In this document: positions 19,347 through 30,160 of the stretch, in pieces
Numbering within the stretch: the first letter of the stretch is position 1
Layout: each line of letters begins with the position of its first letter
Assembly: GCA_963783375.1 (NCBI GenBank)
Contig: CAWANH010000028.1
Location: forward strand, 160,001-224,000
Length of the DNA stretch: 64,000 nt
From: Candidatus Eiseniibacteriota bacterium
GTDB lineage: Bacteria > Eisenbacteria > RBG-16-71-46 > JABDJR01
Direction of reading: 5' to 3'
Notes under the pieces: generated by a model
The model's input: only the letters and a program-made list of their open reading frames with translations
Databases searched by the model: none
What the model was told of the DNA's origin: nothing
Position numbers and translations under genes: made by a program

Positions 19347-19459
19347 GAAGTCCTACCTCCGTGCCCCGCACCGGCGCAGGTGCTCGCCCCGCCGAGGCCA
19401 CGCTCGGGCCGGTTGCGGGTCCCCCGCCGGACAGGATTGCCCGCGCCGGTCCGAAAAAA

Positions 19460-19535
19460 TGGTGAGCCGTGCTGGGATCGAACCAGCGACCCTCTGCTTA
19501 AAAGGCAGATGCTCTACCAACTGAGCTAACGGCTC
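19460..19535 (-). tRNA. tRNA-Lys(TTT)
   Basis: GAGCCGTTAGCTCAGTTGGTAGAGCATCTGCCTTTTAAGCAGAGGGTCGCTGGTTCGATCCCAGCACGGCTCACCA; 76 nt with encoded CCA. Confidence 0.97.
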
Positions 19536-19658
19536 ACCGAAAAATCCTACCTCCGCCGTCGCCGCGGGCGGCCCCCGGGCCACGCCGCTCGTTCTTCCGA
19601 GGCCCCGACGGGCCCGCCGGCGACCACGCCGAACCGGCCGCGCGCGGCGGGCTCGCCG

Positions 19659-20927
19659 TCAGGGAAGCGCGACGGTCTGCTCCCGGGCCTGGCCCACGGA
19701 GACCATGGCGATCCGCGCCCCGGCGATCTCCTCCACACGGGTGAGAAAGGTCCGCGCGGCCTCGGGGAGATCCCCGGGAGTCCGGGCCGAGCCCAGGGGC
19801 TCGGACCATCCCGGAAGCTCCTCGTACACCGGCTGAGCGCGCTCCAGGGGGCCGATCCGGCCGGGGAACTCCGTGATCAGCTCGTCCCCCACGCGGTAGG
19901 CCACCGCCACCCGCACCACCGGTTGGCCCGAAAGCACGTCGAGCTTGGTCACGACCAGGGAGTCGAGCCCGTTCACCCGGACCGCGTAGCGCAGGGCCAG
20001 CCCGTCCAGCCATCCGCAGCGGCGGGGCCGCCCGGTGGTGGCGCCGAATTCCGCCCCCTGATCGCGCAGGAGCGCCCCCGGCTCGCCGTGAAGCTCGGTG
20101 GGGAACGGTCCAAGGCCGACCCGGGTCGAATAGGCCTTGGTCACCCCGATCACCTCGTCGATCAGGCGCGGCCCCAGGCCGCTCCCGGTGCATGCCCCGC
20201 CCGCCCCGGCGTTGGAGGAGGTGACGAAGGGGTAGGTTCCCAGGTCCACGTCGAGGAGGGTCCCCTGGGCCCCTTCCAGGAGGATCCGGCGGCCCTCGGC
20301 GGCCGCCCGCCCCAGGTAGAGCCCGGTGTCGCTTACCAGGGGCGCGAGGCGCTCCCGATAGGGTCCGAGGGCGGTTTCCACCGCCTCGGGATCCACCGCT
20401 TCATGGGGCAGGGCCGGCACGGTGCGCTCCCGCCAGGTCCGCTGTCGGGTCAGGGAGTCCAGGAAGCGCTCCCGGTCCAGGAACTCCCCCACCGTGGTGC
20501 CGATGCGGGCCATCTTGTCCCGGTAGGCGGGACCGATCCCCCTGAGGGTGGTCCCCACCGCTCCCGGGCCCTTCTCCTCGTGCTCCTCCATCGCCCGGTG
20601 GGCGGGCAGGATGAGGTGGGCGCGCTCGCTCACCCACACCCGTCCCGGCCAGTCCACCCCGCGCCCGGCCAGGGCGTCCAGCTCCCCGAAGAGACCCTCG
20701 AGGTTGATCACCACCCCGTTGCCCAGCAAGCAGACGCGGCCGGGGTGGAGGATCCCCGAGGGCACGAGGTGAAGGACGGTGGTCTGGCCGTTCACCACCA
20801 CGGTGTGCCCGGCGTTGGGGCCGCCCTGGTAGCGCACCACGACGTCGGCCTCGTCGCTCAGGAGATCGACGATCTTGCCCTTGCCTTCATCGCCCCACTG
20901 GGCGCCCAATACGACGCGGACGGACAT
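19659..20927 (-). CDS. purA: Adenylosuccinate synthetase
   Basis: GAQWGDEGKGK, RYQGGPNAGHT, GATTGRPRRCGWLD; start at MSVRVV. Confidence 0.97.
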   Translation of the reverse strand: MSVRVVLGAQWGDEGKGKIVDLLSDEADVVVRYQGGPNAGHTVVVNGQTTVLHLVPSGILHPGRVCLLGNGVVINLEGLFGELDALAGRGVDWPGRVWVSERAHLILPAHRAMEEHEEKGPGAVGTTLRGIGPAYRDKMARIGTTVGEFLDRERFLDSLTRQRTWRERTVPALPHEAVDPEAVETALGPYRERLAPLVSDTGLYLGRAAAEGRRILLEGAQGTLLDVDLGTYPFVTSSNAGAGGACTGSGLGPRLIDEVIGVTKAYSTRVGLGPFPTELHGEPGALLRDQGAEFGATTGRPRRCGWLDGLALRYAVRVNGLDSLVVTKLDVLSGQPVVRVAVAYRVGDELITEFPGRIGPLERAQPVYEELPGWSEPLGSARTPGDLPEAARTFLTRVEEIAGARIAMVSVGQAREQTVALP

Positions 20928-21031
20928 GCCGGATCCTTGATGAGGGTGTGGGAACGGGGACGGTATCCGCACGCGGGCGGGCAAAAAAAAGCCGAGAGCC
21001 CGCGACTCCCTGCCGGAAAAACGCGCGGAGA

Positions 21032-21060
21032 AGGGTATCAGGCAGGGGGGTAGGGGTCAA
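21032..21060 (-). promoter_or_regulatory. Putative sigma70 promoter for purA
   Basis: TTGACC-N17-TACCCT on the minus strand. Confidence 0.45.
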
Positions 21061-21165
21061 CCGCACCCGGGCGACCGCGGCGCCCGCTCCGCCCGGTGAA
21101 TTCCGGGGCGCCACCGCGCCCGAGCCCCGGGAAACCGCCCCCGGACGCCCGCCGTGCCCGACTCC

Positions 21166-22770
21166 TCAGGGGAGCCGCACCCGCTCCGCCCAGTTCACCT
21201 TGGGATGGCGCCGCAGGCTCTCGAGGACGGTGTCGGACATCGGCGAGTCGAGGTTCAACAGGGTGTACGCCTCGCCGATTCCGGGATCGCGCCCCCAGGC
21301 GATGTGGGCGATGTTGACCCCGGCATCGCCGAGGAGGGTTCCGATCGCGCCCACCACGCCGGGCACGTCGGGGTTGGAGAGGATCAGGATGTCGCCGGTG
21401 GCCGGGGCGTCGAGCCCCAGCCCCTCCCAGCGGGCTAGCCGGAGGTTCCCGGCCGCGGTCACCACCCCGGCCACCACCGCCGAGCGGACCGCCCCCTCCA
21501 CCGAGACCTCGATCAGGCCGGCATGGTCCCCGGCTTCCCCGGAGGCCCGATCCTCCACCGTGATGCCGAGTTCAGCGGCGGTGAGGCGGGCGTTCACGTA
21601 GTTGACCCCGCCCCCGCCTCGAACCGTTCCCAGGAGTCCCACCAGGACGGCGGAGACCACCGGGGTGCGGGGAAGCTCGGTGCAGTCGCCGCGGAAGTGC
21701 GCCACGGCCCGGGTGAAGGGCGCACCGGCGATCTGGGCGGCGAGGCTACCCAGCCGCTCGGACAGCTCCAGGTAGGGCCGCACCTGCGCGTAGAGCTCGG
21801 CGCTCAAGGCGGGGAGGTTGACCGCGTTCCGCACCTCGCCCCCCAGGAAGAAGTCGCGCACCTGGCCGGCGACCAGGACCGCCACCTGCTCCTGGGCCTC
21901 CTCGGTGGAGGCGCCCAGATGCGGGGTGGCCACGACCTTGGGGTGCCCGATCAGGGGATTTCCGGTGGGGGGCTCGGCCTCGAACACGTCGAGGGCGGCC
22001 CCGGCCAGCGCCCCCGACTCCAGCGCCGCGTGGAGCGCGGTCTCGTCAACCAGCCCCCCCCGGGCGCAGTTCACCAGCACCGCGGTGGGCTTCATCGCCG
22101 CCAGCTCCGCCTCCCCGATCAGGTGGCGGGTCTCGGCGGTCAGGGGGCTGTGGAGGCTCACCACGTCGGCCCGGGCCAGGAGCTCAGGGAGATCCACCTT
22201 GCGGGCGTCGTGCTCGGCGGCCAAGGGCTCGGTCACGAACGGATCGGCGGCGAGGACCGACATGCCGAAGGACCGGGCCCGCGCTCCCACCTCGCGCCCG
22301 ATGCGGCCGAACCCGACCAGACCCAGGACCTTGCCCTGAAGCTCGCGTCCCAGGTAGCGCTTCCGGCTCCAGTTGCCTTGGGCCAGGTCCCGGTGGGCGG
22401 CGGGAACGTTCCGGAAGAGGGCGAGCATGAGCGCGAGGGTGTGCTCGGTGGCGGCGATGGAGTTCCCGCCCGGGGTGTTCATGACCGCGACCCCGCTCCG
22501 GGTGGCGGCGGGAACGTCGATGTTGTCCACGCCGGTTCCCGCCCGCCCCACCACGCGGAGCCTGGGGGCGGCGGCCAGGACCTCCGCGGTAACCCGGGTC
22601 CCGCTCCGGACCAGGAGGGCGTGGGCCTCGGCCACTTCCCGCAACAGGTCGTCGCCGGCCACCCCTGGACGCACCCGGAGATCGAACGCGGGCTCGGCGG
22701 CCAGAACGGCTAGCCCCTCGGGGGCCAGCGAATCGGTGACCAGGATGACGTATCGCTCGGATCTCTCCAC
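21166..22770 (-). CDS. serA: D-3-phosphoglycerate dehydrogenase (long form with ACT domain)
   Basis: GRAGTGVDNID, NTPGGNSIAATEH, GFGRIG, TPHLGASTEEAQ, and C-terminal DVPGVVGAIGTLLGDAGVNIA; GTG start after AAGGAG. Confidence 0.93.
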   Translation of the reverse strand: MERSERYVILVTDSLAPEGLAVLAAEPAFDLRVRPGVAGDDLLREVAEAHALLVRSGTRVTAEVLAAAPRLRVVGRAGTGVDNIDVPAATRSGVAVMNTPGGNSIAATEHTLALMLALFRNVPAAHRDLAQGNWSRKRYLGRELQGKVLGLVGFGRIGREVGARARSFGMSVLAADPFVTEPLAAEHDARKVDLPELLARADVVSLHSPLTAETRHLIGEAELAAMKPTAVLVNCARGGLVDETALHAALESGALAGAALDVFEAEPPTGNPLIGHPKVVATPHLGASTEEAQEQVAVLVAGQVRDFFLGGEVRNAVNLPALSAELYAQVRPYLELSERLGSLAAQIAGAPFTRAVAHFRGDCTELPRTPVVSAVLVGLLGTVRGGGGVNYVNARLTAAELGITVEDRASGEAGDHAGLIEVSVEGAVRSAVVAGVVTAAGNLRLARWEGLGLDAPATGDILILSNPDVPGVVGAIGTLLGDAGVNIAHIAWGRDPGIGEAYTLLNLDSPMSDTVLESLRRHPKVNWAERVRLP

Positions 22771-22902
22771 GGCGCGACGGACTCCTTCCTCCGGTGGTCG
22801 GCTGAACACCGGCTGCTGGGTTTCAGCGGACGTCCCGACGGCGGGCCATGCGTTTCGGTGGACGGTCCGCCTCCGCGGGCGGGCCGGTCCGTCCGCGCGC
22901 GG

Positions 22903-24081
22903 TCAGGACGAGGCGGCTTCTCCGCCGGTCTCGTCCGAGGCGGCGCGGCGGAGAACGGATTCGGCGGCCTCGACCGCCCCCGAATCCTTCGACCATCCCA
23001 GCTCGACGATCGCATCCGCCAGGGCGGCAACCAGGTCGCGAATGTCCTCGTCCCGGTAGCAACCCATGTGGCCGAGCCGGAAGAGCTTCCCCTTCATCGG
23101 CTCCTGGCCCCCGGCGATTCGCATGCCGTGCTTCTCGCGGAGGAGCTTCACCAGCTCCCCGCCGTCCTTTCCGTCCGGCACGCGAACGGCGGTGAGCCCG
23201 TTCGACGGCTTCTCGGCGAAGAGCTCGAGGCCGAGAGCCCCGACCACCGCCCGACAGGCCTCGGCATGACGGGCGTGGCGGGCGTGCACCGCCTCCAGGC
23301 CCTCCTTCTCGATCAGCCGGATCGACTCCTCCAGGGCGAGCACCAGGGGCACTCCGGGGGTGAAGGGGGTGGAGTTCTTGTTCAGCGAAGCGCGGGCCCG
23401 GGCCAGGTCCAGGTAGAACCGCGGGAGCCCCGCCTTCTTGTTCCGCTCCCACGCCGCCTCGCTCAGGGTCACGAAGGCCAGCCCGGGAGGGAGCATGAGG
23501 CCCTTCTGGGACCCGGTCACCGCCGCCCCCAGGCCCCAGGCGTCGAAGGCCACCGGGTGGATGCCCAGCGAGGTCACCACGTCGGCAAGGACGAGCTTCC
23601 CGCGCTCGCGGGCGGCGGCGGCGATCCCCTCCAGATCGTGGAGCGCGCCGGTCGAGGTCTCGCTGTGGGTCACGCAGAGAACCGACGCCGCGGCCGCCTC
23701 CTTGTCGAGGAAATGCGTCACCTCCCCGGCATCGAACGAGGCGCCCCAGGGGCGGGCCAGTTCCACCGTCTTGAGCCCGTAGGCCCGCGCGATGCCCAGC
23801 CACCGCTCCCCGAACTTCCCCGCGTTCAGGACCGCCACCGTTTCCCCGGGAGAGGCCACGTTCACCAGCGCCGCCTCCAGCCCCGCGCTTCCGCTGGCGG
23901 TGAGGGTGAGCACGGGCTGGCGGGTCCCGAAGATCCGCATGAGCCCGGCGGTGGCGCGGGCCAGTACGGTCTGGAACTCGGAGGTCCGATGGTGCAAGGC
24001 GGGCCGCCCCAGGATCTCCCGCACCGATTCGGGGAGAGGGGTGGGACCCGGTGTGTAGAGGCGCTCCTCTTTGACTGCCAC
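22903..24081 (-). CDS. Class V PLP aminotransferase (alanine-glyoxylate / serine-pyruvate type; probable phosphoserine aminotransferase role next to serA)
   Basis: LYTPGPTP, HHRT, THSETSTG, GSQKGLMLPPGL, FRLGHMG. Confidence 0.9.
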   Translation of the reverse strand: MAVKEERLYTPGPTPLPESVREILGRPALHHRTSEFQTVLARATAGLMRIFGTRQPVLTLTASGSAGLEAALVNVASPGETVAVLNAGKFGERWLGIARAYGLKTVELARPWGASFDAGEVTHFLDKEAAAASVLCVTHSETSTGALHDLEGIAAAARERGKLVLADVVTSLGIHPVAFDAWGLGAAVTGSQKGLMLPPGLAFVTLSEAAWERNKKAGLPRFYLDLARARASLNKNSTPFTPGVPLVLALEESIRLIEKEGLEAVHARHARHAEACRAVVGALGLELFAEKPSNGLTAVRVPDGKDGGELVKLLREKHGMRIAGGQEPMKGKLFRLGHMGCYRDEDIRDLVAALADAIVELGWSKDSGAVEAAESVLRRAASDETGGEAASS

Positions 24082-24301
24082 GGCGTGAAAACCTCCGGAA
24101 GGGGCGCACACCGGCTCGACGATGCCGCTCGACGAAGCGGGCGGGCCGGGGGCCGGCAAGATCAGCCGGAGAGTATACGGAAGCGGGGGGGCTTTGTCTC
24201 GGCGGCTCGCAGCGCGGCCGCACGGGTGCGGGAGCGATGAGGACCCCGGAGGCGCCCGACCCGGTCTCCCCTTGGACGGCGGGACCGGCGGGAGGCAAAG
24301 A

Positions 24302-24338
24302 GCGGGGCCCCGGACCTGGGTAGGGTCCGGGGCCCCGC
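24302..24338 (-). terminator. Terminator of the PEP-CTERM gene
   Basis: 15-bp perfect inverted repeat GCGGGGCCCCGGACC..GGTCCGGGGCCCCGC. Confidence 0.7.
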
Positions 24339-24371
24339 GTCTCGATTCGGCGTGGCTTGCGAAAGCGGAGG

Positions 24372-25064
24372 CTAGATCATCTTCTTCCGGCGACGGGCCG
24401 CGGCGGCTCCGCCACCCAGGAGGCCGAATCCGAGGAGCATGAGGGTGGCCGGCTCGGGAACGGCCAAGGGGCCGTCCACTTCACCGGTGCCCGAGGCGGT
24501 GAACCGGGTCAGGTACCCGTTGCTCGACCCGAAGTTGCCGAAGGTGTTGCTCGAGAACGAGACGTCCACCGGGGTGCCGATGACCAGCCCGTAGGGCAGG
24601 TTCTGTCCGGTGAGGCTGGTGGTCCGGGCCGATCCCCCGATGGTCAGGGCGGTTCCGTTCCAGGTGATCTGGACGGGTTCGCTGAACTGGAGGCCCACGC
24701 CGCCGGTCCCGCCGTTGGTCAGAACGTCGAAGCCGAACACCGGGAACGGCCCCCCGCTCTGGACCACCCCGCCGGCCACCGGGATGTTGGTGACGTTGGG
24801 GATGTACAGGTCGGCAAAGATGTTGGAGTTCAGGATGGGACCGGCGAGGCTCCCGTCCACCAGGAAGCTCATGGCGTCGAGGGCGTCGGCGTTGGCCGTG
24901 CTGCCGCCGCCGGACGCGGTGTTGGCCCCGCCCTGGTCGTAGATGGCGCTGCCGTCGTAGGCGATGTCCAGACCCTGGAACTGGATCTGGAGAATGGAGG
25001 CCGAGGCCACAGCCGGGGCCACCGCCAAGGCGATGAAGATGGTCGTCAGTAGAAGCTTTTTCAT
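24372..25064 (-). CDS. PEP-CTERM sorting-domain protein
   Basis: Signal peptide MKKLLL..; C-terminus AVPEPATLMLLGFGLLGG..RRRKK. Confidence 0.93.
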   Translation of the reverse strand: MKKLLLTTIFIALAVAPAVASASILQIQFQGLDIAYDGSAIYDQGGANTASGGGSTANADALDAMSFLVDGSLAGPILNSNIFADLYIPNVTNIPVAGGVVQSGGPFPVFGFDVLTNGGTGGVGLQFSEPVQITWNGTALTIGGSARTTSLTGQNLPYGLVIGTPVDVSFSSNTFGNFGSSNGYLTRFTASGTGEVDGPLAVPEPATLMLLGFGLLGGGAAAARRRKKMI

Positions 25065-25153
25065 GATTCGAGACTCCTTCGGTGTGCCTGACCGAATCGA
25101 TGTTGAATAAGCACTCCATGGCAATACCATGGAGTGACCCAGCCCCTTGTAAG

Positions 25154-25170
25154 AGCAGGAACCGTGCCCG
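25154..25170 (-). promoter_or_regulatory. sigma54 -24/-12 promoter
   Basis: CGGGCACGGTTCCTGCT (GG-N10-GC) ~90 bp upstream of the PEP-CTERM start; IHF-like AATCATGGATTTA at ~25211. Confidence 0.65.
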
Positions 25171-25278
25171 CCGAAACCTGCGGGCGGGGGTACTGATTTA
25201 AGACTATATTAATCATGGATTTACGGGGCGGTCAAGGCTGCCGCCCGGACCGGCGCCGGCATCCGCCGAACATCAAAC

Positions 25279-25295
25279 TGTTAGTGATTTCGACA
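25279..25295. promoter_or_regulatory. Enhancer-like TGT-N11-ACA site (candidate PrsR/NtrC-family activator box)
   Basis: TGTTAGTGATTTCGACA; related degenerate sites near 25358-25395. Confidence 0.45.
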
Positions 25296-25706
25296 CAGCG
25301 GTGATGTTCGGATAACGCGTTGAAACAAAACAACTTGAAAATCACGAGTCTCAGAGCTGCCGGACTTTCCTGACAGGGTGACAAGTTTTCGTACAATTCA
25401 TTATAAGGCAGCGGGTTACGATGCCAATACCGAGCCGCCGCTCTCTGGATCCGTCAGGAATTCGACGATTCCCGCGACCGGGCTGAGATCCCGTTTCAAG
25501 TCTGGCGGCCGACGGGGCCGGCGGCACGCGTCTCGCCGTCGGAGAGTGGGAGGGGCCCGGCCCGACATACCCACGGAGCCGTGGCGCGTGGTGGAGCAGA
25601 TGACCGCCAGGTCGGGCGAGTCAGCCGGATACCCGGCGCGCGGCCTCGCCGATCGGTCGGCGCGCCCGAATTCAGAGGGGCGCCGGCGCAGGCCGGCCGG
25701 CCGCCC

Positions 25707-28124
25707 TCAATGACGGGTGTAGGGCCGCGACACCGGCGGGGCCGGCACGGTCCGGGGGGACTCCGCCGGCTCGTCGGCTCCGGGCAGGCGGTCGAGCGCA
25801 TGCTCGAGCACCTCGTCCATGTGCTCCACGGGGACGAAGGTAAGGCTCCGCCGGACCGCGGCGGGGATCTCCACCAGGTCCTTCTCGTTGGCCTTGGGGA
25901 TGATGATGGTGACCGCGCCGGCCCGCTTCGCCGCCACCACCTTCTCGGTGAGGCCGCCGATCGGGAGCACGGTCCCGCGGAGGGTGATCTCGCCGGTCAT
26001 CGCCACCTCGGGACGGGTGGGAATGCCGGTCAGGGCGGAGATCAGCGCCACCGCCATGGTGATTCCCGCCGAGGGCCCGTCCTTGGGGATCGCCCCCTCG
26101 GGCACGTGGATATGGATGTCGATGTCCTGGTAGAACCACTTGTCCAGTCCCCAGGCCTCGGCGTTCTTCCGGGCGTAGGTCATGGCCGCCACCCCGGACT
26201 CCCGCATCACGTCCCCCAGCTTCCCGGTCAGGTTCAACGTTCCTTTCCCGGGAACGGTGGTGACCTCGATGGTCATGACATCGCCGCCGGCCTCGGTCCA
26301 GGCCAGGCCGTTGGCCACCCCCACCCGGTACAGCCGTTCCAGGGGGCTCTCCAGGAACCGCGGCGGTCCCAGGTAGCCGGCGAGCTTCTGGGGGGTGACC
26401 TTGATCGGGAGCTTGGAGGAGGCCTCGGCCTTCTTCCGCGCCACCTTGCGGGACACCGCTCCGATCTCACGCTCCAGGTTTCGGACGCCCGCCTCGCGGG
26501 TATAGGCGGAGATGATCGTGTTCAGTGAGGCATCGCTCAGGGTGAGATCGCCCTTCGCCAGCCCGCTGGCCTCCATCTGCTTCGGGACCAGGAAGTTCTT
26601 GGCGATGGCCAGCTTCTCGTCGGCCAGGTAGCCCGGAAGCTCGATGATCTCCATCCGGTCCAGGAGGGGCGGCGGAATGGCCGGCCGGTAGTTGGCGGTG
26701 GTGATGAAGAGCACGTGGGAGAGGTCAAAGTCCACTTCCAGGTAGTGGTCGTTGAAGGAGAAGTTCTGCTCGGGGTCGAGGACCTCCAGGAGCGCCGCCG
26801 CCGGGTCCCCCCGCCAGTCCGAGCCCAGCTTGTCCACCTCGTCGAGCAGGATGAGCGGGTTCACCACCCCGGCCCGTTTCATGGCCTGGATGATCCGGCC
26901 GGGCATGGAGCCGATGTAGGTGCGACGGTGTCCGCGGATCTCCGCCTCGTCCCGCACCCCTCCCAGGGACATGCGCACGAAACGGCGGCCCATGGAGCGG
27001 GCGATGGATTTGCCGAGGGAGGTCTTCCCCACCCCGGGCGGGCCGACCAGACAGAGGATCGGACCCTTGATGCGGCCCGACAGCTTCACCACCGCCAGGT
27101 ACTCCAGGATCCTCTCCTTCACCTTCTTCAAGCCGTGATGGTCCTCGTCCAGGATCTTCCGAACCTCGGCCAGGTCGAGGTTGTCGTCGCTCCGCTTCTT
27201 CCACGGCACCGCCACCAGCCAGTCCAGGTAGGTGCGAAGAACCGTGGCCTCGGGGGACATGAACGACATCTTCCCCAACCGGTCCAGCTCCTTCTCCGCC
27301 TTCTCCCGCACTTCCTTGGGCATCTGCGCCTTCTTGATCAGGCGCTCCAGCTCCTCCAGCTCGCCGGCGAACTCGTTCTGGTAGCCCAGCTCCTTGCGGA
27401 TCGCCTTGAGCTGCTCGTTGAGGTAGAACTCCTTCTGGTTCTTGTGAACCTGGGAGCGCACCTGGCCCTCGATCTTCCGCTCCAGCTTCACGATCTCGAG
27501 CTCGGAGTGGAGGATCTGGCTCAGGTGGTTCAGCCGGTCGTTGACCGACTCCAGCTCCAGGATCTCCTGCTTGGCCGAGACCTTGATCTGGAGGTGGCTG
27601 GCCACGGTGTAGGAGAAGACCACCGGATCGGTGATGTTGTTGACGGTGAGGAGCACCTCGTCGGAGATGCGCCGGTTCAGGTGGACGTACTCGTTGAAGG
27701 CCCCGGCCACCGCGCGCATCAGGGCCTCGAGGTGCGTCCCCTCCTCGGGCTCCTCCTCCAGGATCCCCACCCGGGCCAGGTAGTAGTCGTCGGCGTTCAG
27801 GAAGCGCCGGACCCGGGCCCGGGAGAGCCCCTCGACCAGGACGCGCAGCGTGCCGTCGGGAAGCCGGAAGAGCTGGAGCACCCGCACCACCGTCCCCAGC
27901 CGGTACATGTCCTCCTTCTGGGGATCCACCACGTCGGGCCGCTTCTGGGCGGTGGCGAAGAGGATGCGGTTGCCGGCCACCGCCTCTTCGATGGCGTTGA
28001 CCGAGGGCACGCGGCCCACCAGGAGCGGGACCGTCATGTGGGGAAAGAGCACCACGTCCCGCAGCGGGAGCAGGGGAAGCTTTTCCTCGATGTCGATGAT
28101 CTCGCCGTCGCGTTCGATTCGCAT
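25707..28124 (-). CDS. lon: Lon protease
   Basis: [30 protein letters not shown], and catalytic Lys in GGLTEK. Confidence 0.97.
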   Translation of the reverse strand: MRIERDGEIIDIEEKLPLLPLRDVVLFPHMTVPLLVGRVPSVNAIEEAVAGNRILFATAQKRPDVVDPQKEDMYRLGTVVRVLQLFRLPDGTLRVLVEGLSRARVRRFLNADDYYLARVGILEEEPEEGTHLEALMRAVAGAFNEYVHLNRRISDEVLLTVNNITDPVVFSYTVASHLQIKVSAKQEILELESVNDRLNHLSQILHSELEIVKLERKIEGQVRSQVHKNQKEFYLNEQLKAIRKELGYQNEFAGELEELERLIKKAQMPKEVREKAEKELDRLGKMSFMSPEATVLRTYLDWLVAVPWKKRSDDNLDLAEVRKILDEDHHGLKKVKERILEYLAVVKLSGRIKGPILCLVGPPGVGKTSLGKSIARSMGRRFVRMSLGGVRDEAEIRGHRRTYIGSMPGRIIQAMKRAGVVNPLILLDEVDKLGSDWRGDPAAALLEVLDPEQNFSFNDHYLEVDFDLSHVLFITTANYRPAIPPPLLDRMEIIELPGYLADEKLAIAKNFLVPKQMEASGLAKGDLTLSDASLNTIISAYTREAGVRNLEREIGAVSRKVARKKAEASSKLPIKVTPQKLAGYLGPPRFLESPLERLYRVGVANGLAWTEAGGDVMTIEVTTVPGKGTLNLTGKLGDVMRESGVAAMTYARKNAEAWGLDKWFYQDIDIHIHVPEGAIPKDGPSAGITMAVALISALTGIPTRPEVAMTGEITLRGTVLPIGGLTEKVVAAKRAGAVTIIIPKANEKDLVEIPAAVRRSLTFVPVEHMDEVLEHALDRLPGADEPAESPRTVPAPPVSRPYTRH

Positions 28125-28262
28125 GGTTCAGGTCCTGTCGTGGTGCGGGTCAGGGAGAGTGCCGTCGGCCCCCATCATACGGCAAGGCCGGAGCCCCGTC
28201 AGGGTCCGGCCCGAAGCCGAGTGGCGGACTCAAGGCGTCCGGCCGGGAGCGAAGCGGAGGGT

Positions 28263-29516
28263 TCAAGCCCCCTTCTTCTTGCTCTCCCGGCTCCAGGTGA
28301 TGATGGGCTGGCCCTTGTTCAGGATCACCTCCGGAGTGATCTCCACGTGGGTGACCCCTTCCTGGGAGGGAATGTCGTACATGATCTCGAGCATGGTCTC
28401 TTCGAGGACGGCCCGGAGGCCCCGCGCCCCCGTCCCCCGCTCACTGGCCAGGCGGGCCACCGCCTTGAGCGCCGCCTCGGTGAAGCTCAGCTCCACCCCT
28501 TCCATCTCGAAGAACTTGCGGTACTGCTTGCTGATGGCGTTCTTGGGCTTGGTGAGGATCTCCACCATGGCGGCCTCGTCGAGGCTGTCGAGGCTGGCCA
28601 CCACCGGTAGCCGGCCCACCAGCTCCGGAATGAGACCGTAGCGGAGCAGGTCCTCGGGCTCGACCTGAGCCAGGATCTCGCCCAGGTTCCGCTCTTCCTT
28701 GCTCTTGATGTTGGCGCCGAATCCCATCTCGCGGCGTCCGATCCGACGCTCCACGATCCGCTCCAGACCCTCGAAGGCTCCACCGCAGATGAAGAGAATG
28801 TCCTTGGTGTTGACCTCGATGTACTTCTGCTGGGGGTGCTTCCGCCCGCCCTGGGGCGGCACGTTGACCACCGTTCCTTCGAGGATCTTGAGCAGCGCCT
28901 GCTGCACCCCTTCCCCGGACACGTCCCGGGTGATGGACGGGTTCTCGCTCTTCCGCGAGATCTTGTCGATCTCGTCGATGTAGGCGATTCCGTGCTCCGC
29001 GTTGACCAGGTTGAAGTCGGCGGCCTGGAGCAACCGCACCAGGATGTTCTCCACGTCCTCGCCCACGTAACCCGCCTCGGTGAGACAGGTGGCGTCCACG
29101 ATGGCGAAGGGGACCTTGAGGATCCGGGAGAGGGTCTGGGCCAAAAGGGTCTTCCCGGTGCCGGTGGGGCCGATGAGGAGGATGTTGGACTTCTCCAGCT
29201 CCACGTCGTCCTTGATCGGGGGGCTGAAGATGCGCTTGTAGTGGTTGTAGACCGCCACCGCCAGTGTCTTCTTGGCGCCGTTCTGACCGATCACGTACTC
29301 GTCGAGGATGCGCTTGATCTCGGCGGGCTTGGGAAGGCCCTCGCGCCCCGCCGGAAGGTCCCGGTCGGCCTCGCCGTCCAGGATGTCGTTGCACAGCTTC
29401 ACGCACTCGCTGCAAATGTAGACCGACGGACCGGATACGAGGCGGCTCACCTCATCCTGTCCGCGTCCGCAAAACGAGCATTTGATCGGGTGTGGTGTGG
29501 ACACTCGCTTCTTCAT
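28263..29516 (-). CDS. clpX: ClpX ATP-binding subunit
   Basis: CSFCG zinc finger, [24 protein letters not shown]. Confidence 0.97.
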   Translation of the reverse strand: MKKRVSTPHPIKCSFCGRGQDEVSRLVSGPSVYICSECVKLCNDILDGEADRDLPAGREGLPKPAEIKRILDEYVIGQNGAKKTLAVAVYNHYKRIFSPPIKDDVELEKSNILLIGPTGTGKTLLAQTLSRILKVPFAIVDATCLTEAGYVGEDVENILVRLLQAADFNLVNAEHGIAYIDEIDKISRKSENPSITRDVSGEGVQQALLKILEGTVVNVPPQGGRKHPQQKYIEVNTKDILFICGGAFEGLERIVERRIGRREMGFGANIKSKEERNLGEILAQVEPEDLLRYGLIPELVGRLPVVASLDSLDEAAMVEILTKPKNAISKQYRKFFEMEGVELSFTEAALKAVARLASERGTGARGLRAVLEETMLEIMYDIPSQEGVTHVEITPEVILNKGQPIITWSRESKKKGA

Positions 29517-29569
29517 CCGTTCCTCTTCGGGGTCCTCGGCAACCGACCGTGAGCCCTTTGGTTATCGGA

Positions 29570-30160
29570 CTATCCGGTCGCTCTCTTAGCGATTACCTCA
29601 TCAACAATACCGTATTCCTTGGCCTGATCCGCGGACATGAAGAAGTTGCGGTCCGTGTCCTTCTGGATCCGGTCCAGGTCCTGTCCGGTGTGGTGGACGA
29701 GGATCTGGTTCAGACGATCCCGGATGGTGAGGATCTCCTTGGTGTAGATCTCCACGTCCGACGCCTGCCCCTGGGTTCCCCCCAGGGGTTGGTGGATCAT
29801 GACCCGGGCGTTGGGGAGCATGGAGCGCTTCCCCTCGGCCCCGGCGCAGAGGAGCAGGGCCCCCATGCTCGCCGCCTGGCCCATGCAGGTGGTGGCCACG
29901 TCGGGCTTGATGAACTGCATGGTGTCGTAGATGCCCAGCCCGGCGGTCACCGACCCTCCGGGGCTGTTGATATAGATGTGGATGTCCTTGTCCGGATCCT
30001 CGTGCTCCAGGAAGAGCAGCTGGGCGATCATGAGATTGGCCACGACGTCGTCCACCACGGTGCCCAGGAAGATGATCCGGTCCTTGAGCAGGCGGGAGTA
30101 GATGTCGTAGGCCCGCTCACCCCGGGCGGACTGTTCGATGACGATGGGTACGAGGGACAT
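29570..30160 (-). CDS. clpP: ClpP protease
   Basis: [34 protein letters not shown]. Confidence 0.97.
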   Translation of the reverse strand: MSLVPIVIEQSARGERAYDIYSRLLKDRIIFLGTVVDDVVANLMIAQLLFLEHEDPDKDIHIYINSPGGSVTAGLGIYDTMQFIKPDVATTCMGQAASMGALLLCAGAEGKRSMLPNARVMIHQPLGGTQGQASDVEIYTKEILTIRDRLNQILVHHTGQDLDRIQKDTDRNFFMSADQAKEYGIVDEVIAKRATG

